A stretch of DNA of 64,000 nucleotides, from the NCBI GenBank assembly GCA_002773985.1, contig PEZW01000018.1, positions 34,240 through 98,239 of the forward strand, read 5' to 3'. Position numbers and translations under genes: made by a program. Shown in pieces: positions 28,323 through 36,238 of this stretch; the stretch's first letter is position 1; each line of letters begins with the position of its first letter. Source of the stretch: Candidatus Berkelbacteria bacterium CG10_big_fil_rev_8_21_14_0_10_43_13. Lineage in GTDB: Bacteria > Patescibacteriota > UBA1384 > XYA2-FULL-43-10 > 1-14-0-10-43-13. The notes under the pieces were generated by a model. It saw nothing but the letters and a program-made list of their open reading frames with translations. It did no database searches and had not been told where the DNA came from.

Positions 28323-28625
28323 CTTGTCCCTCGTAGCCCGCAGTGGGCGAAGTGGGAAGCTTTATGCGAAGGAGGACTAGTCATTATTTATGCAATTTCT
28401 TATCCTATTATATTATGCTAGACTGTTTTTAGCAATTGCACACAACAAGCTTAATTCTTAATACTTTATTCTACGCGTTATGTGTAATTATTGTTCGAAG
28501 CTGAAAACTATCAGCTGATAACTTAAAAAGTTTATTAAACTTCTCGCTTCACGCTCGAAGAATAAAAAAACAGTTAAATGTTAATTTAATTGCACATAAC
28601 GCGTTTTATTTTTAATTCTGGTAAT

Positions 28626-29219
28626 ATGAACATCAAAAAACTAACACCTCAAAATTTTGAACAGGTTGTGACTGAAGCCGTAAATATTATCAAATCTGGC
28701 GGTCTTGTCATCGCACCTTTTGATACTGTCTATGGCATCATTTGCGATCCGAAAAATGACGAGGCTGTCAAAAAGATTTTTGATCTGAAGAAAAGACCAC
28801 TCGACAAAACTATTGGCCTGGCCGTCACTTCAATTCCAGCACTAGAATTGATTGCGGAAAACACTCATCCAGATTTTATAAAATCTCATATTTTCGGTCC
28901 GTATACATTTATATTGAAATCAAAGAAAAATAATGGCATTTCCAAATATTGCCAAAAAGAGGGGACTGTCGCAGTTAGAATTCCAAATTCGGAGCTAATT
29001 CTGACAATTGCTAAAAAGTCAGATTATATCCTCGCTCAAACCTCAGCCAATCTCACCGGCAAGCCAACATCTGCCTCGGTCGAAGAAATAACTGCCCAAT
29101 TTGAACCAAAAGTGTTGGACGCAATCGGATTAATTATCGACGGCGGCAATATCAAAAACCCCTCTCCATCACAAATTTTCGATCTAACAGGCGACAAGCC
29201 GATTGAGATTGCGAGATAA
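28626..29219 (+). CDS. tsaC: L-threonylcarbamoyladenylate synthase (TsaC/YrdC family). Start taken at MNIKK.
   Basis: YrdC fold signature (GGLVIAPFDTVYGIICD...LKKRPLDKTIGLAV). The ORF-track start at 28590 lies inside an 18-bp inverted repeat, so the internal Met is preferred. Confidence 0.8.
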   Translation: MNIKKLTPQNFEQVVTEAVNIIKSGGLVIAPFDTVYGIICDPKNDEAVKKIFDLKKRPLDKTIGLAVTSIPALELIAENTHPDFIKSHIFGPYTFILKSKKNNGISKYCQKEGTVAVRIPNSELILTIAKKSDYILAQTSANLTGKPTSASVEEITAQFEPKVLDAIGLIIDGGNIKNPSPSQIFDLTGDKPIEIAR

Positions 29220-29245
29220 GTTATTTTCTGCTATTATTTGGTCAT

Positions 29246-29288
29246 GCCGAAGTGCCTGCCTGCCGGCAGGCAGGGCGGAATTGGTATA
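29246..29288 (+). pseudogene. 5' part of a second tRNA-Leu(CAA)-like gene (acceptor plus D arm), interrupted by a 20-bp perfect palindrome (29255-29274)
   Basis: With the palindrome removed, the sequence is GCCGAAGTGGCGGAATTGGTATA, against GCCGCGGTGGCGGAATTGGTATA in the intact tRNA-Leu (21/23 identical). Confidence 0.5.
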
Positions 29289-29299
29289 ACCTATTATAT

Positions 29300-29539
29300 A
29301 TGTATTTTGTCTATGTATTAAAAAGTACAAAAAGGAATTATCATTATATTGGTATTAGCAATAATTTATCTCGAAGAATAAATCAACACAACAAGGGTTA
29401 CAACAAAACAACTAAGCCTTACACACCTTTTAAATTAATTTACAGTGAAAAGTACCCTGACCGTGTCTCAGCCAGAACTAGAGAAAAACAATTAAAAAGT
29501 GGTTGCGGTCGTGAATTTATTCGAAAAATAGATATTTAA
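29300..29539 (+). CDS. GIY-YIG nuclease-domain protein (about 80 aa, UPF0213/Slx1-like)
   Basis: MYFVYVLKSTKRNYHYIGISNNLSRRINQHN matches the GIY-(10-11)-YIG motif plus the conserved Arg and Asn. The ORF-track upstream extension (from 29252) runs through the palindrome and is unlikely to be coding. Confidence 0.7.
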   Translation: MYFVYVLKSTKRNYHYIGISNNLSRRINQHNKGYNKTTKPYTPFKLIYSEKYPDRVSARTREKQLKSGCGREFIRKIDI

Positions 29540-29569
29540 ATAATTTGATTAGCGTCTTGTTCATTTTGG

Positions 29570-29655
29570 GCCGCGGTGGCGGAATTGGTATACGCGTACG
29601 ACTCAAAATCGTATTCCCTCAAGGAATGTGGGTTCGATTCCCACCCGCGGCACCA
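29570..29655 (+). tRNA. tRNA-Leu (anticodon CAA), long variable arm, CCA encoded
   Basis: Hand fold: acceptor GCCGCGG/CCGCGGC, anticodon stem TACGA/TCGTA with loop CUCAAAA, variable hairpin TTCC-CTCA-AGGAA, T arm GTGGG-TTCGATT-CCCAC. Confidence 0.9.
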
Positions 29656-29670
29656 AATGAATAAGAATCG

Positions 29671-29769
29671 CACGACCTGTCTGCCGACAGGCAGGCTCAA
29701 AATCGTGTGGCCTCGTGCCTTATGGGTCTGCCTGTCGGTAGACAGGTTCAAATCCCACCTTCGGTACCA
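29671..29769 (+). pseudogene. 3' part of the split tRNA-Leu(CAA)-like gene (anticodon arm, variable arm, T arm, acceptor 3', CCA), carrying two 20-bp palindrome insertions (29676-29695 and 29727-29746)
   Basis: With the palindromes removed, the sequence is CACGA-CTCAAAA-TCGTG ... TGGG-TTCAAAT-CCCA-CCTTCGGT-A-CCA. The acceptor 3' strand CTTCGGT is complementary to the 5' fragment GCCGAAG, including compensatory changes relative to the intact gene. Confidence 0.5.
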
Positions 29770-29770
29770 A

Positions 29771-29800
29771 AAAAAACAGCTTAATTGCTGTTTTTTATTT
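29771..29800 (+). terminator. Intrinsic terminator (AACAGC-ttaatt-GCTGTT followed by a T-run)
   Basis: Hairpin 29775-29792 followed by TTTTTTATTT. Confidence 0.6.
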
Positions 29801-29864
29801 ATCCAATTTTGTTGATGGGCGGAAGGTTTCTGGCACACGGCCCGAAACCTTCCGCCCCGACACT

Positions 29865-30230
29865 TCAGGGCGACTCCTTGTCGCCCTGCAACTTCTTTGT
29901 CTCCTTCGAGGCCTGTTGTTCCGCGACGATCTTCATTCGCGGGCTATCCTTCACAGCCTCAGCCTCCGCAGCCTGTTGCTCAGCAACGATCCGCATCCGC
30001 AGACTATCGCTGAGATCAGCCGCATTACTCTCCTCACCGGCACGTTGTTCGGCGACGACCTCCGCCGCCGACATGTTCGGCTCCGGATCGGGCCGAACCG
30101 ACTCGCTTGGCTGCACCGCCACAGACTGTGCAGGTTTGTAGCCGTAGTCGTCGACTTTGTGGCAACCGACGAGAATTGAAAACCCGAGGGATGCCACCAC
30201 AATTGCCAACACATCGGAAAACTCTTCCAC
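29865..30230 (-). CDS. Putative lipoprotein with internal repeats, GC-rich
   Basis: Signal peptide with lipobox (SILVGC) and a tandem R/K-M-R/K-IVAEQQA motif. The GC content is clearly above the local background. Confidence 0.5.
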   Translation of the reverse strand: MEEFSDVLAIVVASLGFSILVGCHKVDDYGYKPAQSVAVQPSESVRPDPEPNMSAAEVVAEQRAGEESNAADLSDSLRMRIVAEQQAAEAEAVKDSPRMKIVAEQQASKETKKLQGDKESP

Positions 30231-30296
30231 TGTATGACTCCCTTTCCCTTGACATGTTTATAACATTTTTGACTGTGTGTGTCAACATTTTTGGGA

Positions 30297-30490
30297 GTAA
30301 CTGCTCACCCATCTTTTCATTTCGACCCCGTGAGCTCTGTCGAACGGTCGGAGAAATCTGACACGAAGTGTCATTCCCTCGGCTAGCTCGGGACAGGCTC
30401 TGAGCTTGTCGAAGGATCTTTTCAAGAAACAAGATCTCTCCACCCTCGACGAACCGAGGAGTCGAGATGACAATATGAAGTGAGTTAGTA
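30297..30490. repeat. MITE-like palindromic element (GTAACTGCTCA terminal repeats, GTCATTCC subterminal)
   Basis: Begins GTAACTGCTCACCC and ends GTGAGTTAGTAATTAC. It shares its termini and the GTCATTCCCTCGGC core with the copies at 42539, 48641 and 50041. Confidence 0.4.
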
Positions 30491-30633
30491 ATTACTTTTC
30501 TCTGAGAACACAAAAAAAACCGGCATCCGAATGGACAACCGATTACATTATTTTCTTTTTAATTTTGCTGTGTCGGCGAGGGTCCCCCGAAGGGTACCCC
30601 CGCCGACGAGCTTTCATCACGACGCCACTCCTG

Positions 30634-31089
30634 TTATTTCTCCGCCGCCACGGGGCGGAGAGAGGCGGCCATCTCCTTGGCCGCTTCCTCCGCTGTCGGG
30701 ACCCTCTGCACCAGAGGTGACGAAGGGTCGACCGCCGAATCAACCGGCAACAGCAAGCTGTCACCGGAGGACAGCTGGCCGTTGCTCGACGACCGCCTGT
30801 TAATGCGGTCGAGCTCAGCCTCCCAGTGCCGCTTGTCAGCGCCTTTCGGCGCAAACAAAGTGGCGATCGAGTGATACGTGTCGCCGTCCTGGACGGCGTA
30901 GTACCATCGCGTCGGCTCAGCAACAGCGGCACGGACCGCTACCGCACGCCGATTGCCATCATCGACGGCGCGGGTGATGAACGCCGCCGCGATGGCAACG
31001 ATCACGATCACTAGTACCAGCCACGCCGCAACCTCTTTCAAGGTCATCGGCTCGGCCGGTCGATCAAACGCTTTCACGTTTTTGCCCAT
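30634..31089 (-). CDS. LysM-domain membrane protein (start probably MGKNVK; the ORF track extends to 31164), GC-rich
   Basis: TM helix (WLVLVIVIVAIAAAFI) followed by a LysM-like block YYAVQDGDTYHSIATLF...GQLSSGDSLLLP. Confidence 0.55.
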   Translation of the reverse strand: MGKNVKAFDRPAEPMTLKEVAAWLVLVIVIVAIAAAFITRAVDDGNRRAVAVRAAVAEPTRWYYAVQDGDTYHSIATLFAPKGADKRHWEAELDRINRRSSSNGQLSSGDSLLLPVDSAVDPSSPLVQRVPTAEEAAKEMAASLRPVAAEK

Positions 31090-31386
31090 CTTCAGGGCTC
31101 CTTTTTCGGGCAGGATTGGCAGAATTGCCAAAATTATACTAACAGATTTGATAGTATTTGTCAATATATAAGCACAAAATTATGTTCAATTTAGTATTTT
31201 GTCAGACCCAAACTGTATAAACACCGGAATTCGCGCCATTTTCTAGTCGAAAGCTTTAGTCTTTTAGCCATCTTTTCAGCTTTATCTCAGCCAATATGGT
31301 ATAATATCAACGTAGATCCAAGTTCACAGTACCGAGTACCGAGCGCCCCCTAATACGTTATACGAGATACCTAATACGAAATTTGT

Positions 31387-31464
31387 ATGAGATTGCTTGT
31401 TATTGAAGACGATCACCAGCCTACGCCAAGGCTACGGCCGGCAGGACGAGGTTTGAGATATTAA
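31387..31464 (+). pseudogene. Duplicated 5' end of the response-regulator gene (MRLLVIEDDH then frameshifted junk and a stop)
   Basis: atgagattgcttgttattgaagacgatcacc at 31387-31417 against atgagattattggttatagaagatgatcaca at 31488-31518. The encoded peptide is identical. Confidence 0.35.
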
Positions 31465-31487
31465 ACTAGAATGCGAGATTTTAACAT

Positions 31488-32171
31488 ATGAGATTATTGG
31501 TTATAGAAGATGATCACAAAATTGCCAATGCAATTAAAAAAGGCTTAAATCAGGAGTCCTATGCTGTCGATGTTTCTTTTGACGGCAAGGACGGCTTGGC
31601 GACCGCTCTGACGATTGATTATGATTTAATTATTATCGACCGAATGTTACCCGGAGTTGACGGCATCAAGGTCTGCCAGGCTTTGCGTGACAAGAAATAT
31701 AACACGCCAATTCTCTTTCTGACCGCCAAAGATAAAATTTCTGACCGTGTCGAAGGTCTCAATGCTGGCGCTGATGATTATCTGATCAAGCCCTTTGCCT
31801 TCGAGGAATTATTGGCCCGCGTCCGCGCTCTTCTGCGACGGCCGAGCAAAACAGACGATACAGTGCTTCAAATTGCTGATCTGACGCTTGATCCGGCTCG
31901 TTTCGTCGTCAAGCGCAAAAACAAAGACATCAAACTCTCGAGCAAAGAGTTTGCACTACTGGAATACATAATGCGCAATCCTGATCGGATCTTGACCAAG
32001 GACAACATCATCGCCCATGTCTGGGATTACGACGCCGACATTTTGCCCAACACTGTCGAAGTTTACATTGGATATTTGCGTAATAAAATCGATCGACCAT
32101 TTCCCAAAGAACCCAACCTTATCCAGACAAGCAGGGGATTTGGCTACAAAATCACCGAGGCACCAGAATAA
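31488..32171 (+). CDS. OmpR-family response regulator
   Basis: Receiver domain (DD...D phospho-acceptor context, K) and a winged-helix trans_reg_C domain. Confidence 0.9.
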   Translation: MRLLVIEDDHKIANAIKKGLNQESYAVDVSFDGKDGLATALTIDYDLIIIDRMLPGVDGIKVCQALRDKKYNTPILFLTAKDKISDRVEGLNAGADDYLIKPFAFEELLARVRALLRRPSKTDDTVLQIADLTLDPARFVVKRKNKDIKLSSKEFALLEYIMRNPDRILTKDNIIAHVWDYDADILPNTVEVYIGYLRNKIDRPFPKEPNLIQTSRGFGYKITEAPE

Positions 32172-32295
32172 TCACAATGATTACAAAACTACAAATCAAT
32201 GCAAATCTTACAAATGGTTCCTCCCCTAAGCTAGGGGAGGCTAGGTGGGGTATGTATTTGTAGAATTTGTAATCAATTCGTAATTTTGTAATCCC

Positions 32296-33342
32296 TTGGC
32301 AACTATCATGAAGCTCCATAAGTCTCCCTATCTTCGTCTGACCCTATTTTACGTCCTGATCGTCATGACGATCAGCATGCTTTTTAGTTTTGTTATCTTC
32401 AATTTATCATCAAAAGAGCTCGACTCTGGACTTGGTCGACAATCACGTGTTATCTGGAATATAGGGCAAAACAACGGAATGATGACACCGTTTTCCGACA
32501 TTGACCAGATCCGCCAAAACCAGCTCAGTGAATCCGAGGATAATTTGCGCGACAATCTGATTTATTGGAATTTAATTATCCTGATATTGTCATCATTCTT
32601 GAGTTATTTTCTCGCCAAAAGCTCGATGCGACCGATCGAAGACGCACTTTACTCTCAAAACTGTTTTACCGCCGATGCTTCTCACGAGCTTCGTACTCCC
32701 TTGACTGCGATGAAGACCGAAGTTGAAGTAGCCTTGCGTGATAAAGATATCCATTTAGATGACGCCAAAAAGTTATTACAAAGTAACCTCGAAGAGATTG
32801 GCAAACTCGAATCTCTCTCAAATGCACTTCTCAAAGTTGCCCGAAGCCGAGAAGCAGCAAAAGCAAGTTTTACAAAAATTGCAATATCAAATATTGTCCT
32901 CGAAGCTTACGAAAAGATAGAAAGTCTGGCAAAGAAAAAATCGATTCACTTCACCTTCAAGGGTCAAGCAAAAGATCTTTTTGTCCACGGTGACACCCCA
33001 AGTCTCAACGAACTTTTTGTTATTCTTTTTGATAACGCGATCAAGTACTCAGATGAAAAATCAAAAGTTGATATTTATCTCTCCGCTGACAAGAAGCACG
33101 CAGTCGTGTCGGTAAAAGATCATGGTGTCGGCATCAAAGCAGGTGATGTACCGTATATTTTTAACCGTTTTTATCGTGCGGACAACTCACGTGTCAGAAA
33201 TGTCCCCGGTGGCTACGGTCTTGGGTTATCAATCGCCAGAAACATCGCTGAGATGCATGACGGGATCATCACGATCGAAAGTCAGCCCGGTCACGGCAGT
33301 GAGTTCAGAGTGACTTTTCCACTTTTACACTTGCCAAAATAG
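32296..33342 (+). CDS. Sensor histidine kinase (2 TM, HisKA plus HATPase_c)
   Basis: H-box ASHELRTPLTAM, N-box, G1 box DHGVGI, G2 box GGYGLGLSIA. Confidence 0.9.
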   Translation: MATIMKLHKSPYLRLTLFYVLIVMTISMLFSFVIFNLSSKELDSGLGRQSRVIWNIGQNNGMMTPFSDIDQIRQNQLSESEDNLRDNLIYWNLIILILSSFLSYFLAKSSMRPIEDALYSQNCFTADASHELRTPLTAMKTEVEVALRDKDIHLDDAKKLLQSNLEEIGKLESLSNALLKVARSREAAKASFTKIAISNIVLEAYEKIESLAKKKSIHFTFKGQAKDLFVHGDTPSLNELFVILFDNAIKYSDEKSKVDIYLSADKKHAVVSVKDHGVGIKAGDVPYIFNRFYRADNSRVRNVPGGYGLGLSIARNIAEMHDGIITIESQPGHGSEFRVTFPLLHLPK

Positions 33343-33420
33343 TAAAAAATCTATATAATAGATAGGTTGAGTATCCACAATCTAGTGGATTTTTGTTTGT
33401 AATAAAACAAGGAGGACAAG

Positions 33421-33888
33421 ATGACCAAAAAGAAAAAAATCAAAAAAATCACTCTAGATACTATTTCTGACGCAACTGTTGTCTGGGTTGGTACGACCCA
33501 ATCAATAATTGTTCACACTATTTTGTTTGCTCTCTTTTTCGCAGCTCACTGGATTTTCGGATTAACATACGACCTGATCTTGCTGATTTTAACCACGGTG
33601 GTCTCGCTTGAAGCAATTTATCTGGCTATCTTTATCCAACGCTCCGTCAATCAGCAGGCCGACAGACTTGACGACTTCGAGGAAAGCCTTGATGATGTCG
33701 AAGAGAGCTTGGATGATGTGGAGGAAAATCTTGACGACGTTGAGGAGTCAATCGATGCCGTCGAGGGTCACTTGGCCTCTGATCACGAAAAAACAGAGAT
33801 TGATCGCCACAAAAAACTGGACAAGACACTCGATCAAATTATTGACGAACTCAAAAATCTCAAGGCCAAGATCGACGATCTGGATTAA
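33421..33888 (+). CDS. Hypothetical 2-TM membrane protein with an acidic tandem repeat (LDDxEESLDDVEE, four copies) and a C-terminal coiled coil
   Basis: ORF with two hydrophobic helices. The repeats are visible directly in the sequence. Confidence 0.5.
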   Translation: MTKKKKIKKITLDTISDATVVWVGTTQSIIVHTILFALFFAAHWIFGLTYDLILLILTTVVSLEAIYLAIFIQRSVNQQADRLDDFEESLDDVEESLDDVEENLDDVEESIDAVEGHLASDHEKTEIDRHKKLDKTLDQIIDELKNLKAKIDDLD

Positions 33889-33951
33889 GCATTTCTTCAG
33901 CTTCCTGTTATAAGATCATATTAAGTTGATCATTAAACATAGGAGGCGCCA

Positions 33952-33990
33952 ATGGGAGAAACAAAAATGTGTACTTGCCAAGGCATGTGA
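33952..33990 (+). CDS. Mini-ORF MGETKMCTCQGM (12 codons) with a strong RBS and its own terminator
   Basis: AGGAGG lies 7 nt upstream of the ATG. A terminator hairpin (GACACG...CGTGTC then TTTTT) sits at 34046-34076. Confidence 0.25.
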   Translation: MGETKMCTCQGM

Positions 33991-34149
33991 TCATGCCGGA
34001 TCAGGGACCAACAATTTATTAAAAAAATAATTTAACCCATAAAAAAGACACGTCGATCGCTGGCGTGTCTTTTTGTCGCGAATACAATATTCAAATACAT
34101 AGCGCGTTATTAAGCCTGTTCTCAGGTTGTTGTTTTAAACTAATATTAG

Positions 34150-34300
34150 TTCTAGTCGCCCCGCTCACATCATCCTCCCCCGGTATGGGCGGGGCACTGA
34201 ACTGCTCACCACCTTCTTTGTCATCCTCGGGTTCAGCGGTGTGACTTGCTCCGCCTTGAGACTTAGGCGGGGCGAGAGAGTGAAGCCCGGGGATCTATAG
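34150..34300. repeat. MITE-like GC-rich palindromic element (same family as 42539-42779, opposite orientation)
   Basis: 34203-34265 is the near-exact reverse complement of 42700-42760. Confidence 0.5.
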
Positions 34301-34315
34301 GAGGTTTGGTCGCGA

Positions 34316-34891
34316 TTGTACTGTTTGAGTTTAAATAAAGTGATATTAAAGAAAGAGGTTATGGTGGACGAGGAAATGAAAGAGAAAAAAACAAACGAAT
34401 CTGAATATAATAAGATGAATCAGGAAAAAATGCACTACTATCGTCATCAGTATGGTCCGTTTGGAATGATTTTTGGTGTGCTAATTTTCTTGCTAATTCT
34501 CGGTGGTGTTTTTGCACTCGGCAGAGGATCAAGCCGACATTACGCTTATGGGAGTTTTGGTAAAATAGCGGGCACTGAAGCTAGCTATGGCGGCGGCGGA
34601 ATGATGAGGGGATATGGACGACATCGCGTGATTGATGGCGATGAGAACACCATCTCTGGTTATCGAAATAGAATTGCGGGACAGATTAGTACGGTCAATT
34701 CCGACAACATCGTCATAAAAGACACTGACGGCACCGCCTACACCGTCAAAATTGCCTCAGATACCTCAGTGGTTATTAACGGCAAGATCGACAAAGCCAG
34801 TAACCTTAAAGCCAGCAGTGAAGTCATCGTTGTCGGCGACTCAAACAGTGACGGCAGTATCAACGCAACAATCATCCGTAGTTTGCAATGA
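34316..34891 (+). CDS. Hypothetical membrane protein (N-terminal TM, Gly-rich linker, C-terminal beta-rich domain)
   Basis: ORF with a TM segment ([17 protein letters not shown]). No catalytic motifs. Confidence 0.45.
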   Translation: MYCLSLNKVILKKEVMVDEEMKEKKTNESEYNKMNQEKMHYYRHQYGPFGMIFGVLIFLLILGGVFALGRGSSRHYAYGSFGKIAGTEASYGGGGMMRGYGRHRVIDGDENTISGYRNRIAGQISTVNSDNIVIKDTDGTAYTVKIASDTSVVINGKIDKASNLKASSEVIVVGDSNSDGSINATIIRSLQ

Positions 34892-34918
34892 AGCTCCCCA
34901 CGGCCAAGCCGTCGGGCA

Positions 34919-35230
34919 CATGCTGCCAAACTACTCAAACAGGCTGGCATAACCGATGACAAATTTTTACGCAAACCGACCAGACTATCTGGCGGTGAGC
35001 AGCAACGTGTTGCAATTGCCAGGGCGCTGGCAAACAATCCAAAATTAATTTTAGCTGACGAACCGACAGGTAATCTCGATTCGGCTACCGGGCAAATTGT
35101 TATTAATTTGCTCAAAAGCTTGGCGAAAACCGAGAACACAACTATACTCGCTGTTACTCACGATAACGGTGTTGCCGATCAAGCCGAAAGAACTTTCCGC
35201 CTCAAAGACGGCAGGCTTGTTTCGTCGTAA
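34919..35230 (+). pseudogene. 3' fragment of an ABC-transporter ATPase gene (signature, Walker B, H-loop), lacking Walker A
   Basis: Translates to [51 protein letters not shown]...[26 protein letters not shown]. It is in the same frame as the upstream ORF and begins directly after that ORF's TGA stop. Confidence 0.6.
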
Positions 35231-35344
35231 CTGTTGTCATTTCGACCGATGTGGTTTCAAAAGCGGAGAAACATCACAAAAAAACACTATGACCTGAGTT
35301 ATTTTTTTGCTAAAATATTAACATCAACCATAGTTACTTCCTGC

Positions 35345-35397
35345 GGTATCATTGCGAGCCAAGCCGATGTTCATCGGCTGGCGCGGCAATCTATCAC
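35345..35397. repeat. Short palindromic element GTCATTGCGAGCCAAGCCGATG-N-CATCGGCTGGCRCGGCAATC
   Basis: A near-identical copy occurs at 38810-38861, and a related start GTCATTGCGAGG at 36204. Confidence 0.45.
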
Positions 35398-35416
35398 AAT
35401 GTTAATAAAGTAGGCA

Positions 35417-36193
35417 ATGAAACAACAAATCACCGAAGAAGATCTCGTCAGGCTTTTTTCCTACCGGGACCGTGCTGAAAAACGACAAAGTGTACTTTTT
35501 AGTATATTTTACTATTTCATGTATTTCGCAATTTTTTCTGCGATAGTTTATTCTGTTATCAATTTCAATGCCGTCTCTTCGACAATCACTTATTGGTACA
35601 AAAGCAACTTTACGACGCAAACGACCGATGAAACACCTGTCGTTCAGATAAATGTGCCGAAAGTGCCAACTCTAGAGGAAGAAAAATACTCAACGCCGAA
35701 TGTCGCAGATAATCACATTGCGATTCCCGTATTGGATGTCAACGCACCAGTTACCTTTGGTGTCAACAATGTTTACAAAGAGGTTGAATCAAATTTAATC
35801 AATGGTGTTATTCAGATCAACGGCACCTCACTACCGGGACAAACCGGGAATATTTATATTACCGGTCATAGTTCCAATTACGTTTGGGTCAAAAGTGATT
35901 ATAACTCTATTTTTGCTCTACTTGATAAGCTCGTCATTGGCGACCAGATCTATATCAATTATAACGATGTTGTCTATGTTTATCAGGTTTTTGACACAAA
36001 AATTGTCGTGCCAAGTGACATTTCACTTTTAAAAGCTACAAATGATTCACGCCTGACCCTTGTAACTTGCTGGCCGGTCGGCACATCTCTAAAGCGCGTC
36101 GTCGTCCTGGCAAATCAAATTCATCCGGATCCCAAAAATAATACCAAGCCAGACACTCCGATCAATTTCCAGTCTTTGACTAGTGGACGATAA
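35417..36193 (+). CDS. Sortase family transpeptidase
   Basis: N-terminal TM helix, catalytic His (ITGHSSN), TLxTC motif (LTLVTCWP) and a conserved Arg downstream. Confidence 0.8.
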   Translation: MKQQITEEDLVRLFSYRDRAEKRQSVLFSIFYYFMYFAIFSAIVYSVINFNAVSSTITYWYKSNFTTQTTDETPVVQINVPKVPTLEEEKYSTPNVADNHIAIPVLDVNAPVTFGVNNVYKEVESNLINGVIQINGTSLPGQTGNIYITGHSSNYVWVKSDYNSIFALLDKLVIGDQIYINYNDVVYVYQVFDTKIVVPSDISLLKATNDSRLTLVTCWPVGTSLKRVVVLANQIHPDPKNNTKPDTPINFQSLTSGR

Positions 36194-36238
36194 AATTTTA
36201 CTTGTCATTGCGAGGATTAAGCCTGTAATTCGACTGTC

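Noticed and set aside
29671-29769. A functional second tRNA (possibly intron-containing) downstream of tRNA-Leu
   Set aside because: A cloverleaf appears only after deleting two 20-bp palindromes, and the D-stem and position-26 junction cannot be made consistent. Called as a disrupted pseudo-tRNA.
30034-30932. Several 84-160-aa ORFs in all frames (Arg/Pro/Ala-rich translations)
   Set aside because: They are typical wrong-frame artefacts of a GC-rich segment. They overlap each other and a MITE copy.
34889-34891. TGA read-through or genetic code 25 (UGA as Gly), because an ABC ATPase fragment continues in frame after the TGA
   Set aside because: The six-frame track, under the standard code, recovers uninterrupted ORFs of 876 to 1670 aa. 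UGA is therefore not a sense codon here, and the downstream fragment lacks an N-terminal partner.
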